From Solirubrobacterales bacterium (GTDB taxonomy: Bacteria; Actinomycetota; Thermoleophilia; Solirubrobacterales; Solirubrobacteraceae), in assembly GCA_003133565.1 (NCBI GenBank), contig PKYB01000076.1, forward strand, positions 10,093 to 74,092: a DNA stretch of 64,000 bases, read 5' to 3'. The notes under the pieces were generated by a model, which did no database searches, had not been told where the DNA came from, and saw nothing but the letters and a program-made list of their open reading frames with translations. Below are positions 36,490 to 45,416 of the stretch, piece after piece. The number at the start of each line of letters is the position of its first letter. Position 1 is the first letter of the stretch. Position numbers and translations under genes: made by a program.

Positions 36490-37734
36490 TCAGGCGGCGG
36501 GGAGGACGCGCTGCTCGACGCCGCGCATGTGCTCGCGCAGGTCGAGGACCTCGGCACCGGCGCCCAGTTCGAGCGCGGTCGCGCAGGCTGCGAGACAGGC
36601 ACCGATGCGATCGGTGCGGGCCAGGGCATGAGCGAGGCGGACCCAGGCGTCCACCGACTCCGGTTCGAGCCGTGTGGCCGCCTCGCAGGCCGATAGCTCG
36701 CCGCCGAGGTCGCCGGAGAGCGAGGAGGCAAGCGCGAGGTCGAGCAAGCCTTCGACGCTCGGCTGGAGCGACTGCGCGCGGCGCAGGGCCTCGATCGCAG
36801 CGGGAAGCTGGTGCAATCGCAGGCGCAGGCGGCCCAGTCGCTCCCATTCGCCGGCGTCACCGGGGGCGTAACTGGCCGCACGCTCGGCGGCCTCCGCGGC
36901 GAGGTCGATCGCGCCGATGTCCTCGTAGATGCGCGCGGCGAAGCGGTGCGCCGCCGGACGGTGGGGGTCGACGCGAGCCCAGTCACGCACGGCCCGCGCC
37001 GCAGCCTCGAGGTTCCCGGCCTGCCAGAACGCGAGCGTCATCAGCCGCAGGACGGGTACGTTGGTGGGGTCGGCGTCGCGAGCGTAGATCAGGCGCTGTG
37101 CGGCCAGCGCGAACTCGCCGCTTGACATCGCGTGCGTCGCCGCGGTCATGAACCGCTGCACGCGATCGGCACCGACGTCGGGGCTCGAGAAGTTGACGAA
37201 GCTCAGGCTGCCCGCGGGAACGGTGCGGATCCCGTGGCTGAACTGGACGCGCGCCCACTGCTGGATGTCATCGCCACCACCGCTGAAGTAGATGCCGGTG
37301 ACGCTGCCGACGCCCCATTCGGGGTAGGCGAGGCAGCGCGCGTAGCGGTGAACGACAGAGTGATCGGGGAGGCGGGATCCGAACGGGTCGTGTGTTGCGC
37401 GCTCGGCCGCCGCCTTGCGGGCCCGCTGCTCAGCCTCGTAGGCGCGCTGACCTTCCGCGGCGCGGGCCTGGCGCGTCGCGTCCGCCGAGACGCGCACAGC
37501 GTTGGCCGAGATTCGCCCCCCGCGCGACCCCTCGGCGAGACTCTCGAGCTCATCCGCGGCGTCGTTGATCGCCTGCAGATGGCGCTGGTGCTCGCCCTGG
37601 CGCCCCGGGGGGGCGATGTCAGGGTGCCAGCGTTTTGCCATGCGCCGCCGCGCGAGCTGGACATCCCGCACGCCAAACGGCGGCTCCAGCTCGAGCAACA
37701 GCATCGCCTGCTCGAGGTCGAACACGTTTGCCAT
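36490..37734 (-). CDS. J-domain protein with central SH3/Tudor-like segment and C-terminal TPR repeats
   Basis: LARRRMAKRWHPDIAP (HPD motif); YPEWGVGSVTGIYFSGGGDDIQQWARVQFSHGIRTV; a repeated A/L-rich TPR-like C-terminus. Confidence 0.75.
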   Translation of the reverse strand: MANVFDLEQAMLLLELEPPFGVRDVQLARRRMAKRWHPDIAPPGRQGEHQRHLQAINDAADELESLAEGSRGGRISANAVRVSADATRQARAAEGQRAYEAEQRARKAAAERATHDPFGSRLPDHSVVHRYARCLAYPEWGVGSVTGIYFSGGGDDIQQWARVQFSHGIRTVPAGSLSFVNFSSPDVGADRVQRFMTAATHAMSSGEFALAAQRLIYARDADPTNVPVLRLMTLAFWQAGNLEAAARAVRDWARVDPHRPAAHRFAARIYEDIGAIDLAAEAAERAASYAPGDAGEWERLGRLRLRLHQLPAAIEALRRAQSLQPSVEGLLDLALASSLSGDLGGELSACEAATRLEPESVDAWVRLAHALARTDRIGACLAACATALELGAGAEVLDLREHMRGVEQRVLPAA

Positions 37735-37774
37735 TGACCATTCACGTTAGCTGAACTCCTATGCTGCTCAGCCG

Positions 37775-39427
37775 ATGCCCGGCGAATACATCTTTCAGAC
37801 GCACAAGCTCGCGAAGGTCTACCCACCCGAGCGCAAGGTATTGGAGGACATCTCGCTGTCCTTCTACTACGGCGCAAAGATCGGCGTGCTCGGCTACAAC
37901 GGCGCCGGCAAGTCCTCGCTGCTAGCGATCATGGCCGGGCGCGACCGCGAGTTTCGCGGCGACGCGCAGCTCGCGCCGGACGCCACCGTCGGGTTGCTCG
38001 AGCAGGAACCGGCGCTCGACGCGTCCAAGGACGTGCGCGAGAACGTGCTCGCCGGTGTTGGGCACCTGGTGGCACTCGTCGATCGCTTCAACGAGATCGC
38101 GGCCAACTACTCCGAAGAGACCGCTGACGAGTTCGCCAAGCTCCAGGAGCAGATCGACGCCGCCGACGCCTGGAACCTCGACGTGATCGTCGAGCACGCG
38201 ATGGACGCGCTGCGCTGCCCGCCGGGTGACGCCAGCGTGGCGCCGCTCTCGGGCGGCGAGCGCCGCCGCGTCGCGCTGTGCCGGCTGCTGCTCAGCCAGC
38301 CCGACCTGCTGCTGCTCGACGAGCCAACGAACCACCTCGACGCGGAATCGGTGGAGTGGCTCGAGCGCCACCTCGCCGAGTACAAGGGCACGGTTGTCGC
38401 GGTCACGCACGATCGCTACTTCCTCGACAACGTCGCCGGCTGGATCCTCGAGCTGGACCGCGGCCGCGGCATCCCCTACCAGGGCAACTACAGCGGCTGG
38501 CTCGAGCAGAAGCAGGCCCGCCTGGCGCAGGATGCGAAGCAGGAGCGGGCGCGGCAGCGGACGATCGCCGCGGAGCTCGAGTGGGTGCGGACGAACCCCA
38601 AGGGCCGCCGCACGCGCTCCAAGGCGCGCCTTGCGAGCTATGAGGCGCTGATCGCGGCAGACGCCCAGGTCAAGCTCGACCAGGTCCAGATCCGCATCCC
38701 GGCCGGACCGCGGCTCGGCGATTTGGTGATCGAGGCGACAGACCTGCGCAAGGGCTACGGCGAACGGCTCTTGATCGATGACCTCTCGTTCTCGCTGCCG
38801 CGCGGCGGCATCGTCGGCGTGATCGGCCCTAACGGCGCCGGCAAGACGACGCTGCTGCGGATGATCACCGGCCAGGAGAAGCCAGACGGCGGCGAGCTGC
38901 GGATCGGCGAGAGCGTGCAGCTCGCCTACGTCGACCAGTCGCGCGACTCGCTCGACGACACAAGGAGCGTCTGGGAGGAGATCTCGGGCGGCGCCGACCA
39001 GATCAAGGTCGGCGAGGAGTGGGTCAACTCGCGCCAGTACACGGCGTCGTTCAACTTCAAAGGCACCGACCAGCAGACCAAGGTCGCGAAGCTCTCCGGC
39101 GGTGAGCGCAACCGCCTGCACCTCGCCAAACTCCTGCGCAGCGGCGGCAACGTGCTGCTACTCGACGAGCCGACCAACGACCTCGATGTCGACACGCTGC
39201 GCGCGCTCGAGGAAGCGCTGCTCTCGTTCGCCGGCTGCGCTGTCGTGATCTCCCACGACCGCTGGTTTCTCGACCGGGTGGCGACGCACGTGCTGGCGTT
39301 CGAGGGCGAGAGCCGCGTCAGCTGGTTTGAGGGCAACTTCGAAGCCTACGAGGAGCATCGCCATGAGCTGCTCGGGCCGGAGGCTGACCGGCCGAAGCGG
39401 ATCACCTACAAACGGTTGGTTCGTTGA
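37775..39427 (+). CDS. ettA: ABC-F translational throttle protein EttA
   Basis: [50 protein letters not shown]; two ABC cassettes; 550 aa. Confidence 0.95.
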   Translation: MPGEYIFQTHKLAKVYPPERKVLEDISLSFYYGAKIGVLGYNGAGKSSLLAIMAGRDREFRGDAQLAPDATVGLLEQEPALDASKDVRENVLAGVGHLVALVDRFNEIAANYSEETADEFAKLQEQIDAADAWNLDVIVEHAMDALRCPPGDASVAPLSGGERRRVALCRLLLSQPDLLLLDEPTNHLDAESVEWLERHLAEYKGTVVAVTHDRYFLDNVAGWILELDRGRGIPYQGNYSGWLEQKQARLAQDAKQERARQRTIAAELEWVRTNPKGRRTRSKARLASYEALIAADAQVKLDQVQIRIPAGPRLGDLVIEATDLRKGYGERLLIDDLSFSLPRGGIVGVIGPNGAGKTTLLRMITGQEKPDGGELRIGESVQLAYVDQSRDSLDDTRSVWEEISGGADQIKVGEEWVNSRQYTASFNFKGTDQQTKVAKLSGGERNRLHLAKLLRSGGNVLLLDEPTNDLDVDTLRALEEALLSFAGCAVVISHDRWFLDRVATHVLAFEGESRVSWFEGNFEAYEEHRHELLGPEADRPKRITYKRLVR

Positions 39428-39461
39428 ATTTAGTCGGCACTTCGTGCCCACCAAATCAACC

Positions 39462-40151
39462 TCACCAAGACTTAAGGAGCGCGCGTAGTTCGTACGCGTC
39501 CGCCACCACCTGGTCGGCGCTGACCAGCTCATCGGCTGGATGCGGGCCGGTCGCGATGGCGATCACGCGCAGGCCATCGGCGCGGGCGCAGGCGATGTCG
39601 AGCGGTGTGTCGCCTATAACCGTCGTGCGCTCGCGCGGGTAGGGGATGCCGTCGCGTCCGGCGCGGGCGCGGGCGATTGGGCCGAGGTCGTCGCGAAGCT
39701 CGGCGTCGGAGCCGAAGGCGCCCTGGCCGGCGGCGAAGTACTCGGCTATTTCCGCGCGGGCCAGCTTGAGCCGCGCGACCGGCTCGTAGTTACCGGTGAG
39801 CAGCGAGAGGTGCGTGTTGGCCTGGTTCGCCACGGCGTCGAGCAGCTCGCGGATTCCCGGCGCGACGTAGGCCGCGAGGCTCGGCGGACAGCTGCGCGCG
39901 AAGGCCTCGGCGCAAGCGGCCCGGAAGTCCGACAGCAGCGCGTCGAAGCTCTCGCGGTCAAGACCGCAGGCGAGCGCGATCGCGCGAGCGATCTGGGTGT
40001 CGGTACGTCCGGCAGCGGCCACGCGGTGGATAGGAGCGTCGGCGAGCCCGTAGACGCTCGCCAACGCGTCGAGCAGCGCGCTCCGATGCGGCTCGCTTGC
40101 CCGCAGCAGCAGTGTGCCGTCGATGTCGAACAACAGCAGCATCAACCCCAT
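39462..40151 (-). CDS. HAD-superfamily hydrolase (phosphoglycolate phosphatase-like)
   Basis: MGLMLLLFDIDGTLLL (DxDGT motif I). Start at ATG 40151. Confidence 0.8.
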   Translation of the reverse strand: MGLMLLLFDIDGTLLLRASEPHRSALLDALASVYGLADAPIHRVAAAGRTDTQIARAIALACGLDRESFDALLSDFRAACAEAFARSCPPSLAAYVAPGIRELLDAVANQANTHLSLLTGNYEPVARLKLARAEIAEYFAAGQGAFGSDAELRDDLGPIARARAGRDGIPYPRERTTVIGDTPLDIACARADGLRVIAIATGPHPADELVSADQVVADAYELRALLKSW

Positions 40152-40295
40152 TCTCGCCCTCGCCGCACACCGGCGTACGCTCGACAACGCCAGCGGGTGG
40201 ACTGACCGGTGGCTCGGAGCGATCAATCACCGGAGACGCCAATGCACGTTTGTCCCGGGGGGCGCACGGCTAGCGCCGCGGGGGAAGCTCACTCC

Positions 40296-41141
40296 ATGGC
40301 CGGCTTTAGTCGATGGTCATGTATCGATGTTCATAATCAGCAGTGCCAATCAAAGTCGCCGGATGCGCGCAATCCGCGAAACACCTACCTGCGAACGCGC
40401 CGCCATGCATGGCCTGCCGCCGGGCCCTCAACGCGTCAGCGGCGATCTGGCGGTTACCTCGCAGGCGAGGGTGGCTACACGCTGACCGAGATGCTTCTCG
40501 CCAGCCTGATGGCGATTCTCGTACTCGGGACGGCCGTCACGCTGTTCGTCACCACGCAAAAGGATGCTACGAGCGCCATCGCGAAGGCCGACTCGATCCA
40601 GACCGCCCAAGCGGGCTTGCACCAGATGGACCAGGTGCTGCGCCAGGCCTACGCGGTCGAGTTCCCAACCAGCACCGACGATGCCGGGTGCCTCGAGACT
40701 GCGGGCGCCCAACCCTGTAATCAGGTCGACGTGCTCGCACGGCTCGCGGGTTCCGATTACGCCGTTGGGGTCAACTGCTCCGTCGCCAGCGCGTCGATCA
40801 CCGGCGACCAAGCCTGCTGGCAATACGAGTGCTCGGCGTCCGCCACGACGGCGGCTGGAACGACATGTAACGCGAGTGGCCCGAACCTGATCTCGAGCAA
40901 GCTCGTCATCGACGACGTCACCAATGGGACGACGTCCAGTCCAGTCTTCTCCTTCTGCTACGCGAGCACGTCAACCGTCAACACCAGTCGGTGTGCCACC
41001 GGCGCCTCACGTCCGACCTCGGCGACGGTGACGATCGACACGCCCGCCGCGGGCACGCTGTCGCGTACGAGCGGCGGCGATCCGTCGACCGTAGTGCTGA
41101 CTGACAACGTGTACATGCCTAACCTCGACTTCAACGCGTGA
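40296..41141 (+). CDS. Prepilin-type minor pilin P1, PilW/GspJ-like; start codon unresolved
   Basis: A class III signal lies at 40464-40540: GEGG then YTLTEMLLASLMAILVLGTAVTLF (Gly-1, Glu+5). The mature part has eight Cys. The only canonical in-frame start is ATG 40296, which would give a 60-aa leader. Confidence 0.7.
   Translation: MAGFSRWSCIDVHNQQCQSKSPDARNPRNTYLRTRRHAWPAAGPSTRQRRSGGYLAGEGGYTLTEMLLASLMAILVLGTAVTLFVTTQKDATSAIAKADSIQTAQAGLHQMDQVLRQAYAVEFPTSTDDAGCLETAGAQPCNQVDVLARLAGSDYAVGVNCSVASASITGDQACWQYECSASATTAAGTTCNASGPNLISSKLVIDDVTNGTTSSPVFSFCYASTSTVNTSRCATGASRPTSATVTIDTPAAGTLSRTSGGDPSTVVLTDNVYMPNLDFNA
40310..40334 (+). repeat. Direct repeat TCGATGnTCAT x2 in the AT-rich spacer upstream of the first pilin operon
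   Basis: tcgatggtcat gta tcgatgttcat, followed by cataat at 40332-40337. Function unknown. Confidence 0.6.
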
Positions 41142-41896
41142 GCCCTCGGTCACGATCGGTCGCGCGAGGGGGTGCGGTCGCGCGCGCGCCAAGCCTGCGC
41201 GAGGAGCGCGGAGTCACGATGATCGAAGTCCTCCTCGCCATGGTGGTGCTCGTCGTCGGTCTGCTCGGCGTTTTCGGGACACTGACCGGCGCAAGCAACT
41301 CGATCGGGGCGGCCGAACGAGCGGCCGTCATGGCGCAAGCTGGGCAGCAGGCGCTTCAGGCGGCCGAGGCGGTCCCGTATGCCGACCTCGCAGACAGCAG
41401 TGCTCCAGTCCAGACGAGCGCCACTAGCACGACGAACCCCACCTACTACCTGTCGGGTTGCACCGCGGGCGCGTGCACTGCCTACCAGTGGAACCCGTCC
41501 AGCACGAGCAGCGCGGAGTCCCTCGCGATCGACACGACAGCAGGCAAGGTCGCGCCCCTCAGCACAGCGGTGGTGCCCGTGCCCTCGACGAGCGGATGCA
41601 CCGCGACGGCGACCGCCAACTGTCAGATCACCGTCTCGGTCTATGTATTCGTCACCAACTCCACCGACTCGATCTGCTCACAGTCGGGCGTTACCTGCGC
41701 TTCTACGACCAGTTACAAGCGGGTGACCGTGGCCGTGAAAAACACGGGATCAGGCGGGCCACTGAATCCCACCTACCTCTCGACGTTTGTCAGCAACAAC
41801 GTGGGCGGCTTGACGGACCCCCTCGACGGAGCGACATCGAGCACCTCGCTGACCAACTGCCTCGATGGGACGACCACGGTCGCATGCACAAACTAA
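41138..41896 (+). CDS. Prepilin-type minor pilin P2, PilV/GspI-like
   Basis: The leader ends in REERG and is followed by VTMIEVLLAMVVLVVGLLGVFG. The GTG start overlaps the P1 stop (GTGA). Confidence 0.8.
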   Translation: MSPRSRSVARGGAVARAPSLREERGVTMIEVLLAMVVLVVGLLGVFGTLTGASNSIGAAERAAVMAQAGQQALQAAEAVPYADLADSSAPVQTSATSTTNPTYYLSGCTAGACTAYQWNPSSTSSAESLAIDTTAGKVAPLSTAVVPVPSTSGCTATATANCQITVSVYVFVTNSTDSICSQSGVTCASTTSYKRVTVAVKNTGSGGPLNPTYLSTFVSNNVGGLTDPLDGATSSTSLTNCLDGTTTVACTN

Positions 41897-43227
41897 CGCG
41901 CCCACGACAGCTCGGCGCCGGCGTCCGCGCGCTCCGCCTGGGCGCAGGCGTCCGACGCGCCGCAGACGACGAGACGGGATTCATCATGATCGTCGCCATC
42001 TCGATCTTGACGGCGCTCCTGGTCCTCATCGTCGCTGTCGCCTCCTCGGCCCAACATGTGAACGCGACGACGACGCGGGCGGAGGCGTCCGGCGCGGCGC
42101 TCGCTAGCGCAAACGCTGGTGCCCAGGTCGCGCTGTTCAGGCTCGACACCACCGGTACGCTCACCGGCGCCACCGGCTCGATGGGCAACGGCGCCACGTA
42201 CGACTACGCGGTCACGACACTTTCCTCCTCGAGCTCCCCGTGCACGGGACTCTGGGTCCAGAACTCGACGCAGTCGGTGCAGCAGGATTGCATCACCTCC
42301 GTCGGCAGCGTCAACGGCGTCAATGCGCAGGTGCAGGCCCGTGTCGCCGGATACACGCCGACGACCTCGCTCTATCCCATCAACGGGGTCTTCGCGGTTG
42401 ACGGCTTCTACGCCGCCGGCAGTCCCACCGGCGCGTTTAGTCTCGGCTCCAACGGCGCGATGAACCTCACCAACGCGACGCTCCCCGATATCAACGGCGA
42501 TCTCTTCTACCAAGCCGGGCAGCTCACGCAGTCGCAGAACAGCAACCAGCAGTGCTCGAGCCCTTGCACTCTCGTTCAAGACTCCGCCGCGATCACCGTG
42601 CCATCCGTGTCGCCCAGCGCTTACGCGAGCGCCGCGACGACAAACAATGACGGCGCGATTAGCTGGCCGTCCAACCTGAGCTACAGCTCGAGCACTAACT
42701 CCGTCACGAGCAACGGGTCTAACAACGCGACGGTCTACCTGCCGGCCGGCACGTACTACTTCTGCAGCCTCGCGCTTGGAAACGCCACGACAATACAAGC
42801 GACTGGAAGCCCGGTGAAGATCTACATCGACTCGTCCTCAGACTCGTCGACCAGCTGCCCGTCGGGCTCGGGAAACCTCACGGGCGACGACGTCACGGTG
42901 ACAGCCTTCGGCGGGACGGCAAGCAACCTCCAGCTCTTCCTCTACGGGCAGCCCGGTTGCACGGGGACGAACTGTCCGGCAGATCTGCCGCAGAACACCG
43001 CGACCTTCACCGCGGATGTGTTCGCTCCCTACTCATACGAAAACGACAACCCCCTCACGGTGACTGGAGCCATGGTCATCGGGTACGTGTATGAGAACAC
43101 GCTGAACGTCACCTACCAGGGACCGGCTGCCAGCGGGAGCTCGACGGGCGGCACCAACGCGGATTTCTTCCCCGCGCGCGAGGCGATCTGCACGCCGGCT
43201 TCGACGCCGACGACAGGTAGCTGCTGA
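41884..43227 (+). CDS. Prepilin-type protein P3, PilX/GspK-like (no Glu+5), 447 aa
   Basis: Leader MHKLTRPRQLGAGVRALRLGAGVRRAADDETG, then FIMIVAISILTALLVLIVAVASS. The body is Ser/Thr/Asn/Gly-rich, with GTYYFCSLALGNATTIQATGSPVKIYIDS...NLQLFLYG...VTGAMVIG. It overlaps P2 by 13 nt. Confidence 0.75.
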   Translation: MHKLTRPRQLGAGVRALRLGAGVRRAADDETGFIMIVAISILTALLVLIVAVASSAQHVNATTTRAEASGAALASANAGAQVALFRLDTTGTLTGATGSMGNGATYDYAVTTLSSSSSPCTGLWVQNSTQSVQQDCITSVGSVNGVNAQVQARVAGYTPTTSLYPINGVFAVDGFYAAGSPTGAFSLGSNGAMNLTNATLPDINGDLFYQAGQLTQSQNSNQQCSSPCTLVQDSAAITVPSVSPSAYASAATTNNDGAISWPSNLSYSSSTNSVTSNGSNNATVYLPAGTYYFCSLALGNATTIQATGSPVKIYIDSSSDSSTSCPSGSGNLTGDDVTVTAFGGTASNLQLFLYGQPGCTGTNCPADLPQNTATFTADVFAPYSYENDNPLTVTGAMVIGYVYENTLNVTYQGPAASGSSTGGTNADFFPAREAICTPASTPTTGSC

Positions 43228-43279
43228 GACGTTTTCGCGCGGCCGATAAGCCCCACCGCGCTTCGCGATCAAGTCCCGC

Positions 43280-43303
43280 GAACGCCGCGTGCACGCGGCG
43301 TTC
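43280..43303. other. Perfect 24-bp palindrome in the P3-P4 spacer (hairpin or protein-binding site)
   Basis: GAACGCCGCG TGCA CGCGGCGTTC, 53 nt after the P3 stop. No T tract follows. Confidence 0.5.
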
Positions 43304-43466
43304 GACCGTCGAGACTTCGGAGCTGAGCTGATCGCCGGCCGCCACGCCGTCGCCGCCGGTGGCTGTTGTGAGTGCCGGGGCACGCGAACATCCGTCCAGG
43401 CGCGGGTGGCGCAACGGCCGGTACAAACTCAACGGACCGCGACTTTGCGCCGATGAGTTGTTGTCG

Positions 43467-45416
43467 ATGGCCGATTTTCTAGAGCTTGTTCGCGCGCGCC
43501 TTCTATGGCTCCGCCGCGTAGCGGCGTGGGCTGGCCGCGAAACCGGTGACACGATGATCGAGGTGGTCGTCGCGGCGATGATCGTCGCGCTGATCGCGGC
43601 GGCGACGTTTGTTGGGTTTGGCGCGGTCGCACACGTCGCTGGCGCCCAGCGCCATCAGGTCCAAGCGAACGAGCTCGCACAACAGGACGAGGAGCGGCTG
43701 CGCGGCTTGAGCGTCACCGAACTCGCCGCGGTCGAGCCGGCGGGCAGCACGACCCTCGCGAGCGCGCAGTTGTACGGCAACTCGAGCTACCAGGAGACGG
43801 TCGACAGCGAGGTCTACACGATCACTTCCGTGGCCAAGTTTGTCTCGGCCTCGAGCGGTGGCCTGTCGTGCACGACAGGCGGCTCGAGCACGGCCGATTA
43901 CGTCGAGACGTCGTCGACGGTGACCTGGGGCACGAACAATGACGGACGACAGCCGGTGGTCGAGAACAGCCTGCTCAGCCCGCCGAGCGGTGGTGGGTTG
44001 ATTACCAGCGCTACGAACGCCAACGGCGCCGCCCTGGCCGGGGCGACGATCTCCATCGAGGGGCCCGGATCGATCACCAACACACAGACGCTCACAACCG
44101 ACGCCAACGGCTGCGCCGTGTTCGCCGGCCTCGTCGGCGGCACCTACACGGTGACTGCCTCCGACACCGGGTACGAGACGGATACCGGAGTCACAAACCC
44201 AAGCCAGTCGGTGATTCTCGTCGCCGGCGCGACGCAGACGCTTCAGGCGTTCCAGTTGGGCCAGTCCTGGATCCAGGCAACGTTCCTGACCGCGATCAAT
44301 GGCGCAGCGCTGAGCCCGATCAACTGGGACAGCTTCAGCATCGACAACACCAACTACACGCAGAGCTACGGCACCGTCGGCACCTTCACCTCGCCGGTGT
44401 CCTCAAACTCGCTCTATCCCGCCACCTACAGTGCCTACGCGGGCACGTGCAGCGCCGATGACCCCGGCGGCTCGACCGGGACCACGGGGCTAACGGGGCA
44501 AACCGGAGCCACCTACACCGATCCGACAGTCGGAACAACCGCCGGCGCGACGGGGAGTGTCGCGGTGATTGTGCCGACGATGCTGCTGAAGCCGACCACC
44601 TCCTATACCCCGGCGCTCAGCACTACCTACAACGACGACTACAACTCGAGCAACCCCGCTAGCGACACCAACGACTCCCAGCTCAGCTACAGCTCGGGCG
44701 GGGCCACGATCACCTACGCCGGGGGGTGGAAGTACTCAGGGGTGAACTCCACGGTCCCGGGCTACTCCACGACCGGCGACTACGACAACGACGAGACCGA
44801 CAGCACCGCCAGTGGCGCCAGCGTGACGGTCACCTTCATTGGCACGAGCATCAGCGTGCTCACTACGGAAGCGAGCGCCAACGGGATCGCCGCCGTCTCG
44901 CTCAACAGCGGCACGAGCACCAACTACCCCGACACCGCCGGCTCGACGAATCGCCAGCAGACGCTCTACACCTCTCCGGCGCTGACCTACGGGACGAACA
45001 CGCTCAAGATCACCGCCAACTCGGGGAGCGCGATCTCGATTGACGCGTTCATCGTCGGCAACAGCGGCGGCGGATCGACGACGACAGCGGTGACTGGCTC
45101 GCCGCTGCCCTACACCGTCTCGACCTACGACTCCTGCCCGACCCCGGCGTTCCGCACGCTACCCACAGCGCCCACGCCGGTCACCGTCAGCTCGTCGACC
45201 GTCTACCCGGTCCAGGCTCCCTACGGCAACTCGGTCCAGGTTTGCTTCGCAAACACCGCCACCAACACGAACACGGGCGCCGTGCCCTCGGGGGCGACAC
45301 AGATCTCGAACACGAACCTCGATGGCACCACGGTCACGTCCCTCACGCTCCCGGTGACGAGCGGCGCCACGGGTGCCAGTGCCGTATTCAGCAATACCGG
45401 GACGTGTCCGACATGA
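43467..45416 (+). CDS. Prepilin-type protein P4, PilV/GspI-like N-terminus with large modular extension (649 aa)
   Basis: Leader MADFLELVRARLLWLRRVAAWAGRETG, then DTMIEVVVAAMIVALIAAATFVGFG. There is a carboxypeptidase-regulatory-like segment (ANGAALAGATISIEG...DANGCAVFAGLVGGTYTVTASDTGYE). There is also a C-terminal CBM/lectin-like pattern (ITYAGGWKYSG...ASVTVTFIGTSISVLT...IAAVSLNSG...QQTLYTSPALTYGTNTLKIT...ISIDAFIVGN). Confidence 0.75.
   Translation: MADFLELVRARLLWLRRVAAWAGRETGDTMIEVVVAAMIVALIAAATFVGFGAVAHVAGAQRHQVQANELAQQDEERLRGLSVTELAAVEPAGSTTLASAQLYGNSSYQETVDSEVYTITSVAKFVSASSGGLSCTTGGSSTADYVETSSTVTWGTNNDGRQPVVENSLLSPPSGGGLITSATNANGAALAGATISIEGPGSITNTQTLTTDANGCAVFAGLVGGTYTVTASDTGYETDTGVTNPSQSVILVAGATQTLQAFQLGQSWIQATFLTAINGAALSPINWDSFSIDNTNYTQSYGTVGTFTSPVSSNSLYPATYSAYAGTCSADDPGGSTGTTGLTGQTGATYTDPTVGTTAGATGSVAVIVPTMLLKPTTSYTPALSTTYNDDYNSSNPASDTNDSQLSYSSGGATITYAGGWKYSGVNSTVPGYSTTGDYDNDETDSTASGASVTVTFIGTSISVLTTEASANGIAAVSLNSGTSTNYPDTAGSTNRQQTLYTSPALTYGTNTLKITANSGSAISIDAFIVGNSGGGSTTTAVTGSPLPYTVSTYDSCPTPAFRTLPTAPTPVTVSSSTVYPVQAPYGNSVQVCFANTATNTNTGAVPSGATQISNTNLDGTTVTSLTLPVTSGATGASAVFSNTGTCPT

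Noticed and set aside
35901-37151. A 416-aa Arg-rich plus-strand ORF, and other Arg/Pro-rich ORFs, spanning the hypothetical/J-protein region.
   Set aside because: The composition (runs of RRR, RGR and PRR) is a frame artefact. It overlaps the better-supported 35800-36438 frame and the minus-strand J-domain gene.
40114-40720. Alternative-frame ORFs 40114-40485 and 40343-40720 across the start of the first pilin gene.
   Set aside because: They have no motifs, and the second runs through the pilin hydrophobic helix in a wrong frame. They are kept only as context for the unresolved P1 start.
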